Shown piece after piece: positions 31,596-40,825 of a stretch of 64,000 nt of DNA; positions within the stretch are counted from its first letter, which is position 1, and every line of letters starts with the position of its first letter. Made by a program: the position numbers and the translations under genes. This DNA comes from an uncultured bacterium (GTDB lineage: Bacteria; Oederibacteriota; PGYV01; CAWJRG01), in the NCBI GenBank assembly GCA_963845185.1, contig CAWJRG010000009.1, positions 576,001 to 640,000 on the forward strand. Direction: 5' to 3'. The notes below the pieces were generated by a model. It was given only the letters and a program-made list of their open reading frames with translations, ran no database searches and was not told the origin of the DNA.

Positions 31596-32111
31596 ATGAA
31601 AGAACTAATACCAGTGGAAGTAATAGCGCAGAAAATTTACTTAATCAGGGGCCAGAAAGTAATGCTTGATTCAGACCTTGCGGAATTATACGGAGTTGAA
31701 ATAAAGGCATTAAATCAGGCAGTAAAAAGAAATAAGGACCGCTTTCCGGAAAATTTTATGTTTCAGTTAACAAAAGTAGAATATGATTCTTTAAGGTCAC
31801 AATTTGTGACCTTAAAGAGAGGGGAACACAGGAAATACCTTCCTTATACCTTTACCGAGCACGGAGTCGTCATGCTTTCCAGCGTACTTAACAGCAGGAG
31901 GGCGATACAGGTGAGCCTGATGGTTGTCGAGGCCTTCGTTAAGCTGCGCCAGATGCTCTCGACAAACAAAGAACTTAGCCATAAGCTCGAGCAACTGGAA
32001 AGGAAAATCGAAAAGCACGATGAAGAAATAACGGCAATATTTGATGCCATACGCCAGCTAATACGCCAGCCAGAGAAACCCAAACATAAACAAATCGGGT
32101 TCAGGCCGTAA
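31596..32111 (+). CDS. ORF6N-domain DNA-binding protein
   Basis: IRGQKVMLDSDLAELYGV, NQAVKRN..RFP..FMFQL, FTEHGVVMLSSVLNS, IGF tail. Confidence 0.93.
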   Translation: MKELIPVEVIAQKIYLIRGQKVMLDSDLAELYGVEIKALNQAVKRNKDRFPENFMFQLTKVEYDSLRSQFVTLKRGEHRKYLPYTFTEHGVVMLSSVLNSRRAIQVSLMVVEAFVKLRQMLSTNKELSHKLEQLERKIEKHDEEITAIFDAIRQLIRQPEKPKHKQIGFRP

Positions 32112-32239
32112 ATTCTTTATCTTCTCCCCCTTGTGGAGGAGAAAACAAGAGAGGGGATAAAAATGAAAATACCAATCTCAAACCATAAACCACTCACTTT
32201 CGTTCGGGTATATGGTTGCTATTTTAAGGGGGTTCTATT

Positions 32240-33427
32240 ATGAGGATAGCAATTTCCAAAATCAAAGAAAATCCCAATAACCCGAGGCATGTCTTTGACC
32301 AGGCAGAGGACGACAGCCTGGCCGCGTCCATGCAAAAACAGGGACAGCTTGTCGCCTGCGTGGTCAGGCAGGCTGCGTCTGACAGCTTTCAGCTTATTTC
32401 CGGCGCACGCAGGCTGAGGGCAGCCAAAAAGAACGGGTGGCCAGAGCTGGAATGCGTCATTGAGGATAAGTCAGAGGGGGATGAGGCCATAGAGCTCATG
32501 GTGTACAACGGCGGAAAGAAGCTTTTCTGGCTGGAGGAGTACGAGGGTATTGAATATGCCCGGTCAAAGAACCCAGGTATGACCCAGCAGGAGCTTGCAG
32601 ACAGACTTGAGGTAACTCAGCAAAAGGTAAGTTGCGTCCAAAAAGCCTTGTCGTTATTGAATAAATCGGCGCGGGAGGCAATTTACCGGAATCCGGTAAA
32701 ATCTGATAATTGGATGGTTACAGAGGCTGCTGTTCTAGCTCTGATCAAGCTGGCAAATGGCCAACCTGATGACCAAGACGGGGTAGAGCAGGCTTTGAGG
32801 GTCGTTCTTGACCGCCGAATGACCGAAAAACAGGTAAAGAAGCTGATAGCATGGATTAAGAAAGGCAATTCGCCCGAGACCTTCCCCCAGGACGGTAAGC
32901 TGTCAGGGGTAAAGGGGGCAAAACAGCAGAACTTTGACCCTAATGACCAGTATGCCGACCTCTGGCAGCCTTTGCCAAAGAATGTGGCAATCCACAAGAC
33001 TTCAAAGGGGTATAGGATAACCATGAATGTTTCCGAAGCCGAGGCACCGGGCATTGTATATGGGGCAATGGCGTTCAGGGAGTCCCTAGATCAAAAGCTC
33101 AATGGCCAAGGTTCAAATGGCAATAATAAGTACTCCGAAGCTCTGCCGGGGCTGCGGGAAAAGGCGGCGGAACGGATAAAGGCGTGCAACATGCCGGGTG
33201 CTCCGTGCGACGGGGATGGCTCCGAGCCAGGAACCAGGAATCAGAAATTAGAAACTTCAGGTAATTCCGGAAATGCCCCCATGACTCTGTTGAATGGCAT
33301 ATTGAACCAAAAAGTTATATCGACGAGCGCTGACCCTGTTGACCAGATTAAGGCCGAAATGTTAAATAATGGAGCTGATCTTTTAAAGAAAGGCGTAAAG
33401 AAGCTTTGGGATCATTTTAATAAGTAA
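32240..33427 (+). CDS. ParB N-terminal domain plus HTH protein
   Basis: NPNNPRHVF, LISGARRLRAA, MTQQELADRLEVTQQKVS. Confidence 0.8.
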   Translation: MRIAISKIKENPNNPRHVFDQAEDDSLAASMQKQGQLVACVVRQAASDSFQLISGARRLRAAKKNGWPELECVIEDKSEGDEAIELMVYNGGKKLFWLEEYEGIEYARSKNPGMTQQELADRLEVTQQKVSCVQKALSLLNKSAREAIYRNPVKSDNWMVTEAAVLALIKLANGQPDDQDGVEQALRVVLDRRMTEKQVKKLIAWIKKGNSPETFPQDGKLSGVKGAKQQNFDPNDQYADLWQPLPKNVAIHKTSKGYRITMNVSEAEAPGIVYGAMAFRESLDQKLNGQGSNGNNKYSEALPGLREKAAERIKACNMPGAPCDGDGSEPGTRNQKLETSGNSGNAPMTLLNGILNQKVISTSADPVDQIKAEMLNNGADLLKKGVKKLWDHFNK

Positions 33428-33675
33428 TCCTGAGCGAAATCGAAGGATGGGATCATTTTAGGAAGGATTTGTGATAAAATTGAAAATGAAAGGCGGCGGT
33501 AAATGATAAGATTTCAACTTTCTGTTCAAGATTTAAAACGCACGAAGCAAGGTCTGGCACTTTTTTTTCTTTTTATCAATTAAGAATTATCAATTTTCAA
33601 TGAAATGAAAGGCTTAAATTGACAACATTGACAACTGAGAATTGAAAATTATTAAAAAAGCAGGAGGAAAAAAAG

Positions 33676-34062
33676 ATGAAAAAAATGATTTTAATTATTT
33701 GTTGGTTGTTTTTAATTGTCTGCTGGCCCGTGGGAGTTATGTTGCGAGGCGGGGATAATGCCGGCGCCGGGATAAAAGCAGCTCCGGCCGCTTCGGCAGA
33801 GACGGCAAACAAAAACATACCGGGCGTGACAGAAGAAATAGGCTCAGACGGGGTAAAGACGGTGACGATAAACCTGTCTGAGATAGATGAGAACAAACTG
33901 CCGGAAAAATATGTGCCGGAAGTTATATTGGAGGCGCCGATAATCGGAGCTGAAAGCGGGGAAGGAACGCTTGAATTAAACGGAAAAATGATTGCCAAAC
34001 AGGACATGAATGGAATAATGAATCTCGGGGATAAAAGTTTCACACCCGATGGGACAATCTGA
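33676..34062 (+). pseudogene. truncated paralog of the 34502 secreted protein
   Basis: Near-identical to the 34502 ORF up to FTPDGT, then joins the IS110 relic. Confidence 0.8.
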
Positions 34063-34190
34063 AACGTAAAACCATGACTGTTCTTTGTGAAGATCAACTC
34101 CGACATAATGCATGTGTGGTTCCTCCTTTGTTATTTTGTTACTCGCATAACTATTTTAACAAAGATTTGGAACCCACGTGCATTCTAATA
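34057..34190 (-). mobile_element. IS110-family relic (left end plus first 19 codons of recombinase)
   Basis: Minus strand: AAGGAGG RBS, ATG at 34113, MHYVGVDLHKEQSWFYVSD (DEDD N-terminal motif). Confidence 0.7.
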
Positions 34191-34207
34191 AACACTTAAC
34201 ATATTAT

Positions 34208-34305
34208 CAGACCTTGCTTGTTGCATTTTTAAAAGAAAGGGCCGTCGGCAAATGAAAAGATTTCAATTTTCTGTCCGGGATTTAAAACGCACGAAGCAAG
34301 GTCTG
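34208..34305. mobile_element. ~98-bp MITE-like element with 12-bp terminal IR
   Basis: CAGACCTTGCTT...AAGCAAGGTCTG; partial second copy at ~33489-33561. Confidence 0.55.
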
Positions 34306-34321
34306 GCACTCTTACCGTTCT

Positions 34322-34408
34322 TCCAGCACAGTATATAACAACGAAATGTGGGTAATAGGCGGATATAACGGCATAAATTATTTAAATGACGTTTGGTGGA
34401 GCTATTAA
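34322..34408 (+). pseudogene. orphan Kelch-repeat C-terminal fragment
   Basis: SSTVYNNEMWVIGGYNGINYLNDVWWSY*. Confidence 0.65.
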
Positions 34409-34501
34409 AGCAATTATTAATTAAGAATTATCAGTTTTCATTTTAACGATTAGTTAAAAATTGGAAAGTGAAAATTATTAAAAAAGCAGGAGGAAAGAAA
34501 G

Positions 34502-35713
34502 ATGAAAAAAATAATTACAATAATTTGTTGTTTGTTTTTACTTGTTTGTTGGCCTACGGGAGTAATGGCGCAGGTAAATAATAATGCCATTGGGATAACG
34601 ACAACTCCATCCGTATCGGCAGAAACGACAAACAAAAACATACCCGGAGTGACAGAAGAAATAGGCTCAGACGGGGTAAAGACGGTGACGATAAACCTGT
34701 CTGAGATAGATGAGAACAAACTGCCGGAGCGATATGTGCCGGAGGTTATATTGGAGGCGCCGATAATCGGAGCTGAAAGCGGGGAAGGAACGCTTGAATT
34801 AAACGGAAAAATGATTGCCAAACAGGACATGAATGGAATAATGAATCTCGGGGATAAAAGTTTCACACCCGATGGGACGTTTTTAATGTCATCAGTGACC
34901 GACGGCTATCCTGACGAATCCTCGTTTGATGTAAAAATAGACGACAAAGGGAATATCTATATTTTGGATATTCTGAACGGCAGGATTCAAATGTTTAATA
35001 ATAAGGGCAAGCATGTGAAAAATATACCAATAAAAAATAGTTTTAAAACGCGCTGGGACGAAGTTAAAAGCTATAAAATTTACGAGAATTTTAAGAATGA
35101 AATTGCCATAACAGACGGCAAAATATACGTAAGGGACAGGAGTAAAAATAAAATCGAACAGCTTGATGAAACCGGCACAATAAAGGAAACCATAGACATA
35201 CCGGATAAGATAGAAGGACAAGATACAGCGGGAATGAAGCTCTGGGCAGATGAAGAAGGGGTGGGGGTGGGGAAGTGGAAAAATGTCAAGAAAGCGACAA
35301 ACACAATTGACGTTAAACAAATAACACCAAATGAATTTGAAATTTGGCAAAGAGGTCAGAAAATTATGATTGTTAAGAATATACCTTCTGAGGATAATAT
35401 GCAATTAATTTACACTGATAAATTTAATGACACATATTTTTATTTCTTTGGAATGAAGGATAACGGTATTATAAAAGTATCAAGAAATGGTTCGGTTTTA
35501 TCAATTATTAGAGATTGGAAATATCAGTTTGGTAAAGAGTGGTACGATGATTGCGGTAACAAGCCCCAGCCCTTGTTACTGAATTGGGCAAAAAGTATGA
35601 TATTTGATAGCAAAGGCAATCTATATATTTGTTATAAAAATTGTTGCAAAGAAAAAGAAAATTGTTTGAACAAAATTAAAATTATTAAATTGTCACCAGT
35701 TAAAGGAAAATAA
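34502..35713 (+). CDS. secreted beta-propeller (NHL-like) protein
   Basis: Signal peptide ending VMAQ; DDKGNIYILDILNGRIQMF repeat. Confidence 0.75.
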   Translation: MKKIITIICCLFLLVCWPTGVMAQVNNNAIGITTTPSVSAETTNKNIPGVTEEIGSDGVKTVTINLSEIDENKLPERYVPEVILEAPIIGAESGEGTLELNGKMIAKQDMNGIMNLGDKSFTPDGTFLMSSVTDGYPDESSFDVKIDDKGNIYILDILNGRIQMFNNKGKHVKNIPIKNSFKTRWDEVKSYKIYENFKNEIAITDGKIYVRDRSKNKIEQLDETGTIKETIDIPDKIEGQDTAGMKLWADEEGVGVGKWKNVKKATNTIDVKQITPNEFEIWQRGQKIMIVKNIPSEDNMQLIYTDKFNDTYFYFFGMKDNGIIKVSRNGSVLSIIRDWKYQFGKEWYDDCGNKPQPLLLNWAKSMIFDSKGNLYICYKNCCKEKENCLNKIKIIKLSPVKGK

Positions 35714-35962
35714 ATGAAACACAAATATTTGATCTTAGGAATATTCCCGGGAATTATGGGAATATTTTTATTTTCAAATATTTTATATGCTTTGACTGGA
35801 AGTCAAATAATAACAAATGCACAAAATTATGAAAATTTTCCATGGGCATGTAATGCTCAAAATGCAAGGCCTGCAAATACTGGCGCATGGAATTATTATG
35901 ATACAACTGGGGGTGGTGGTAACGGCACAAATTATTTAAATGACGTATGGTGGAGCTATTAA
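35714..35962 (+). pseudogene. secreted protein N-terminus fused to a Kelch tail (internal deletion)
   Basis: Signal peptide, ends GGGNGTNYLNDVWWSY* like the 34322 fragment. Confidence 0.55.
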
Positions 35963-36070
35963 AGCAATTATCAATTAAGAATTATCAATTTTCAATGAAA
36001 TGAAAGGCTTAAATTGACAACATTGACAACTGAGAATTGAAAATTATTAAAAAAGCAGGAGGAAAGAAAG

Positions 36071-37127
36071 ATGAAAAAGACAATTTTAATTATTTGTTGG
36101 TTATTTTTAATTGTTTGCTGGCCGGGGGGGGTACTGGCGCAGGGGGAGAATACAGGAGTTACAACAAGCCGTAACACAACAGGCTGAATCAGAAACAATA
36201 ATGGCTCAGGGTGAAGGAAATGCAAAATTAAAAGTTGAAGAAGTTTTATTTTGTCCATGGGGAAATGGCAAAGGAAAAATCAATATTAAGGAAGAAAAAT
36301 ACACTACAAATATGGGTCAGGAAGCATTTGAAAGGCATGGGCCTGAAGAATTAAAAGTAGATAATAACGGTGATATATATATATATATTTATGACGGAAA
36401 AAATAAATATATTAAGAAATTTGAGGATGGTCAAGAAAAGAATGTAATATTAAATCCACTTACACCGCAGAGTTGGAAAATTGATGAAGAGGGAAGCATT
36501 ATTATTACAAATGGTATGTATGAACTTAAAACTGAAATATACGATAAAAATTTAAATAAAATGTTATCGAAAACATATATAGATAAAAAAGGATGGGGAT
36601 ATGTTCATTTTTATGGGAATGAAATGGCATTAAGTAACGGGATTTTTGATAAATCAAAAATGGAAAAAATTAAATTCAGGGATAAAGTATATAAAAAAGA
36701 AAAAAAATATCACTCTTTTGATATAACAACTCAAGTTACTTATCCTGATCCTATGCGCCCGGTAGTTAATGAAAAAATCATAATAAGTAACTTAAAAAAT
36801 ATCGGCTGGGACAAAGATGTTTTAGTGCTATCAAGACCAGGTAAAGATGATGTGGGTAGTGTAGAAATATTACATATAAATGACAATGGAGATATATTTA
36901 TTTGCCTTCGAATGTACGAAGCGCGACCTGTAAATATGAGCAGAGATAGTGCGATAATGAAAATAAATAAAAATGGAATAATCGAATATGAATATAAAAC
37001 AATAAAAGATGACTTTATTGAATCTGACGGCAGTGGTCGTTATGCCGTGGATGACAATGATAATGTTTATTATATGTATACAAATGAAAAAGGAGTGCAT
37101 GTTATAAAAATCAGCGAGGTAAAATGA
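36071..37127 (+). pseudogene. secreted beta-propeller-like protein, frameshifted after its signal peptide
   Basis: ATG 36071 with RBS gives MKKTILIICWLFLIVCWPGGVLAQ in a different frame from the 36111-37127 body. Confidence 0.7.
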
Positions 37128-37354
37128 AAAAATTTTGTTTACTTTTAGGCCTTGCGAGTTTAATGATATTGTTTTTTATAGAAAATATTTTATGCCTGGA
37201 TAATATAAATTTCACACAGACTTTTAATGTAGATAATGTATATGCAAATAATGTTCCCGATCAAATATCAATAAAAAATTATATTAAAAGGGTTATTATC
37301 GGCGAAATTGGACAGACATGGAGTCAACAAGCAAATTATTTAAACGGAACGTAG
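37124..37354 (+). pseudogene. truncated secreted protein, possible SpoIID/LytB-like start
   Basis: Signal peptide, YIKRVIIGEIGQTW, ends NYLNGT*. Confidence 0.4.
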
Positions 37355-37486
37355 CGGAGGAGTGGAAGCATGGAAGTTCGGGAAACGGAAGGAAGCCGCC
37401 GACTCCTGCGCGCGGGTTCCACTGTACCCAAAACATTTGATTTTCACGCAAATTTTTAGTATTATTAAGACAAGCGAGGTGCAACA

Positions 37487-37678
37487 ATGCATAAAATAAA
37501 AGAAGAATTTATCACGGACAAAAAAGGAAAAAAAACAGCGGTTATTATTCCAATAAAGGAATATGAAGAGTTGATGGAAGACCTTCACGATATTTCAATA
37601 GTCGCGGAAAGAAAAGACGAGTCCACAATATCTTTTGAAGAGGTTGAAAAAAGGTTGAAGAAAAATGGGCGGGTATAG
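37487..37678 (+). CDS. type II antitoxin
   Basis: 63 aa, ITDKKGKKTAVIIPIKEYEELMEDL, overlaps the toxin gene. Confidence 0.8.
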   Translation: MHKIKEEFITDKKGKKTAVIIPIKEYEELMEDLHDISIVAERKDESTISFEEVEKRLKKNGRV

Positions 37679-37931
37679 GATAGATTTAAAAAATTCCGCG
37701 TATCACGACCTGAAAAAAATTGACAGGCATATGCAGGCCAAAATACTTGGAGAAATCAAAGGCCTATCGCATAATCCATTTCCATCTGACGTGAAAAAAC
37801 TAAAAGGCACTGAAAGCATTTATCGGATAAGAACGGGGGATTACAGAGTTATTTATAAAATCGAAGAAAACACAATAATTATTTATTATATAAGGCACAG
37901 GAAAGATGCATACGGGTTTTTAAATAGTTAA
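37665..37931 (+). CDS. RelE/ParE-family toxin
   Basis: KKLKG...YRIRTGDYRVIY...IRHRKDAY. Confidence 0.92.
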   Translation: MGGYRIDLKNSAYHDLKKIDRHMQAKILGEIKGLSHNPFPSDVKKLKGTESIYRIRTGDYRVIYKIEENTIIIYYIRHRKDAYGFLNS

Positions 37932-37995
37932 GCAATGCTTTTGTTATTTTACTCTGTAAATTGGGAATCCTTTAAAGGCTCAAAACAATACAAAC

Positions 37996-38030
37996 ACGGC
38001 GGATGCGGGAAACTGCACCGCCGTTTTTTT
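37996..38030 (+). terminator. intrinsic terminator; right copy of island-flanking direct repeat
   Basis: ACGGCGGATGCGGGAAACTGCACCGCCG followed by T7. Confidence 0.8.
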
Positions 38031-38098
38031 GTTTTCAATAGCCCCAAGTTGTGCGATAATATCCTTATTGACAATAATAAAAACAGCGAGGTGACGTC

Positions 38099-39388
38099 AT
38101 GATTAAAAGATATACTCTTGAAAAGATGGGCGCATTATGGTCAGAGGAAGCAAAATATAATTCATGGCTCAATGTCGAGATAGCGGTATGCGAGGCATGG
38201 GCAAAGCAGGGCAAAATACCGAAAAAGGACCTTGCCAGCATAAAGAAAAAAGCCAAATTTGACGTTAAGCAGATTGAGGAAATAGAGGCCATAAGGCGGC
38301 ATGACGTGATTGCTTTTACTGAATCAGTCGCAAAGCACGTAGGCCCGGCGGCGCGCTATATCCACATGGGCATCACTTCTTCTGATATCGTGGATACGGC
38401 ATTTGCGCTGAGGCTTGTTAAAGCCTGCGATATAGTGATGGAAGACACAACAAAATTAATAGCAACTTTGAAAAAACTTGCCATAAAGTATAAATATACC
38501 GTGCAGATAGGCCGTACGCACAACGTACACGCAGAGCCTATAACTTTCGGGCTGAAAATACTTGTATGGTATTTTGAAATGAAAAGGAACTATGACAGGC
38601 TCAAATACGCAAGGGAAGGCGTGAGGGTGGGTAAACTCTCGGGCGCAGTAGGCAATTACGCCAACATACCTCCTTCGATTGAAAGTTTTACATTATCGCG
38701 GCTTGGTCTGAAAAGGGCAGAGGCGACAAACCAGGTAATACAGCGCGACAGGTACGCGCAGCTCATGACTACGCTTGCCATAACCGCAGGCTCCATAGAA
38801 AAAATAGCCACGGAAATCAGGAATTTACAGCATACTGAGATACTCGAAGTTGAGGAGCCTTTTGCTGAGGGACAAAAGGGCTCGTCTGCCATGCCGCATA
38901 AAAGGAATCCGGTCGTATGCGAGCAGATAACAGGCCTTTCAAGGGTAATAAGGAGCAACTCTATAGCGGCGCTTGAGAACATCACTCTATGGCACGAGAG
39001 GGACATATCCCACTCGTCTGTAGAGAGGATAATAGTTCCGGACAGTTTTATACTCACGCACTACATCACAAACAAAATAAACTGGGTGCTTACTAACCTG
39101 CTTGTTTATCCTTCGAACATGAAAAGGAACCTGCATTATTTAAAAGGAGCCATATTCTCGCAGAGGCTTCTGCTCGCGCTTGTGCAAAAAGGCATGACAA
39201 GGGAAAAAGCATATGAGATAGTGCAGAGTAACGCGATGAAGGTATGGAAAGGCGAGTCGCCTGATTTTATAACAGCGCTGCTTGCCGACAAGGATGTGAA
39301 AAAAGATTTCACGGGCAAAGAGCTTGATAAGATTTTTGACGTGAATTATTATCTGAAGTACGTGGGCGAGTTTTACAAAAGGGTGTAG
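38099..39388 (+). CDS. purB: adenylosuccinate lyase
   Basis: HDVIAF, GRTHNVHAEP, GSSAMPHKRNP, WHERDISHSS. Confidence 0.97.
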   Translation: MIKRYTLEKMGALWSEEAKYNSWLNVEIAVCEAWAKQGKIPKKDLASIKKKAKFDVKQIEEIEAIRRHDVIAFTESVAKHVGPAARYIHMGITSSDIVDTAFALRLVKACDIVMEDTTKLIATLKKLAIKYKYTVQIGRTHNVHAEPITFGLKILVWYFEMKRNYDRLKYAREGVRVGKLSGAVGNYANIPPSIESFTLSRLGLKRAEATNQVIQRDRYAQLMTTLAITAGSIEKIATEIRNLQHTEILEVEEPFAEGQKGSSAMPHKRNPVVCEQITGLSRVIRSNSIAALENITLWHERDISHSSVERIIVPDSFILTHYITNKINWVLTNLLVYPSNMKRNLHYLKGAIFSQRLLLALVQKGMTREKAYEIVQSNAMKVWKGESPDFITALLADKDVKKDFTGKELDKIFDVNYYLKYVGEFYKRV

Positions 39389-39519
39389 TTGATTTTGCAT
39401 TACGGATTTCGTATATGCCGTTAAACTCTCCTTGGGGATTTAGTAGTAATATTGCAGTACCTTCCCTTTGACTCTGGATAGCTCTGAAAACTTTAAACTG
39501 ATTAATTACATGAGGGCAA

Positions 39520-39621
39520 ATACCGCTTGTCCTCGGCCCGAAAGGCCTCTGACTTGAGCGGGTATAAGACTCCGTAAGATTTTGCCTTCGCTGTTGACAC
39601 TCGGCAAAATCAACGGACTCT
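39520..39621 (+). ncRNA. structured leader RNA motif, copy 3 (before PfkB kinase)
   Basis: ATACCGCTTGTC...GACTTGAGCGGGTAT; GATTTTGCC/GGCAAAATC; CTGTTGAC loop. Confidence 0.75.
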
Positions 39622-39635
39622 AAGGAGCTCTGTAT

Positions 39636-40535
39636 ATGTCAATAGTCATAGTAGGTTCAATAGCCATGGATACGATAAAGACGCCTTTTGCCAAAAAGGA
39701 CCACATTCTCGGAGGCGCGGCTGTTTATTCATCAATATCAGCTTCCTTTTTTGCTAAGCCATACGTGGTTGGCGTCATTGGCGATGATTTTCCTGACGAG
39801 CACATTAAGCTTTTGCACTCAAAAGGTGTTGATACGGCAGGGGTAAAAAAAGAAAAAGGCAAGACATTCCACTGGGAAGGCGAATATGAGTTTGACATGA
39901 ATTCACGGCATACGATAGTAACCGAGCTTAATGTATTCGGCAACTTCGACCCTGTTATCCCGGAGCAGTATAAAAAGATGCCTTATTTGTTCCTGGCAAA
40001 TATCCAGCCGGATTTGCAGCTTAAAGTGCTGAATTCAATGGAACGCCTGAAGTTTTCGATTTGCGACACAATGAATTACTGGATTGAAAACGCAAAAGAC
40101 AAGTTGATTGAGGTTTTTAAAAAGGTTGACGCCGTGGTTTTAAACGATTCCGAGGTCCGGGAATTTACAGGCGCGACAAACCTCGCGACTGCCGCAAAAA
40201 AAATAAAAAAACTGGGTCCCAAATATGTTATAATCAAACGTGGTGAACACGGAGCCTCGATAATGGGCGACGATATGTACTTTGTCCTCGGCACTTACCC
40301 TGTCGAGAACGTAGTTGACCCCACAGGAGCAGGCGATTCGTTCGCAGGCGCTTTTATAGGTTATATTGCCAGGACAGGCAATACTAAAGATTCCACGCTA
40401 AAAAGGGCGCTTGCTTACGCGAACGTGGTCGCATCTTACAGTGTCGAGGATTTCGGCATAGACAGGCTGGTCAAGCTCTCCACAAAAGAAATTGAAAAAA
40501 GGATTAAAGAAGTAAAAAAAATGATTTCATTTTAA
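39636..40535 (+). CDS. PfkB-family carbohydrate/nucleoside kinase
   Basis: VGSIAMD, DPTGAGDSFAG. Confidence 0.93.
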   Translation: MSIVIVGSIAMDTIKTPFAKKDHILGGAAVYSSISASFFAKPYVVGVIGDDFPDEHIKLLHSKGVDTAGVKKEKGKTFHWEGEYEFDMNSRHTIVTELNVFGNFDPVIPEQYKKMPYLFLANIQPDLQLKVLNSMERLKFSICDTMNYWIENAKDKLIEVFKKVDAVVLNDSEVREFTGATNLATAAKKIKKLGPKYVIIKRGEHGASIMGDDMYFVLGTYPVENVVDPTGAGDSFAGAFIGYIARTGNTKDSTLKRALAYANVVASYSVEDFGIDRLVKLSTKEIEKRIKEVKKMISF

Positions 40536-40593
40536 ATGAAAACTTAAGCCACTAATTGGGCATGCGGGCAAAGGCCTCTCATGGTTGGCATCA

Positions 40594-40766
40594 CTCTCCC
40601 TTGATGGGAGAGGGTAGGGTGAGGGTGAAGTAGCAGTAACAGCTATGTAATTAAAGCTAAAATTATAGAATGCGAAATAAGAAAAAGAAGTTTTGGGATT
40701 GGGTGTTAGCGCGAAATGCCGCTACGTCACCCCCATCCCGGCCTTCCCCCGTCGAGGGGGAAGGGG
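40594..40766. repeat. REP-like inverted pair (same family as 24564)
   Basis: CTCTCCC..GGGAGAGGGTAGGGTGAGGGTG and CACCCCCATCCCGGCCTTCCCCC..GGGGGAAG. Confidence 0.7.
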
Positions 40767-40825
40767 TGTTCTTAAAGCCGTTGACAAACGGCGTAATTTA
40801 TTCATCACGACGGGAGATGATTTAT

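Noticed and set aside
34376..34388. AATTATTTAAAT as a dif/Xer site
   Set aside because: Only a partial XerD-arm resemblance with no XerC arm; explained by NYLN coding
31596..37931. Prophage
   Set aside because: No structural, terminase or integrase genes; only ORF6N, ParB-like and TA genes
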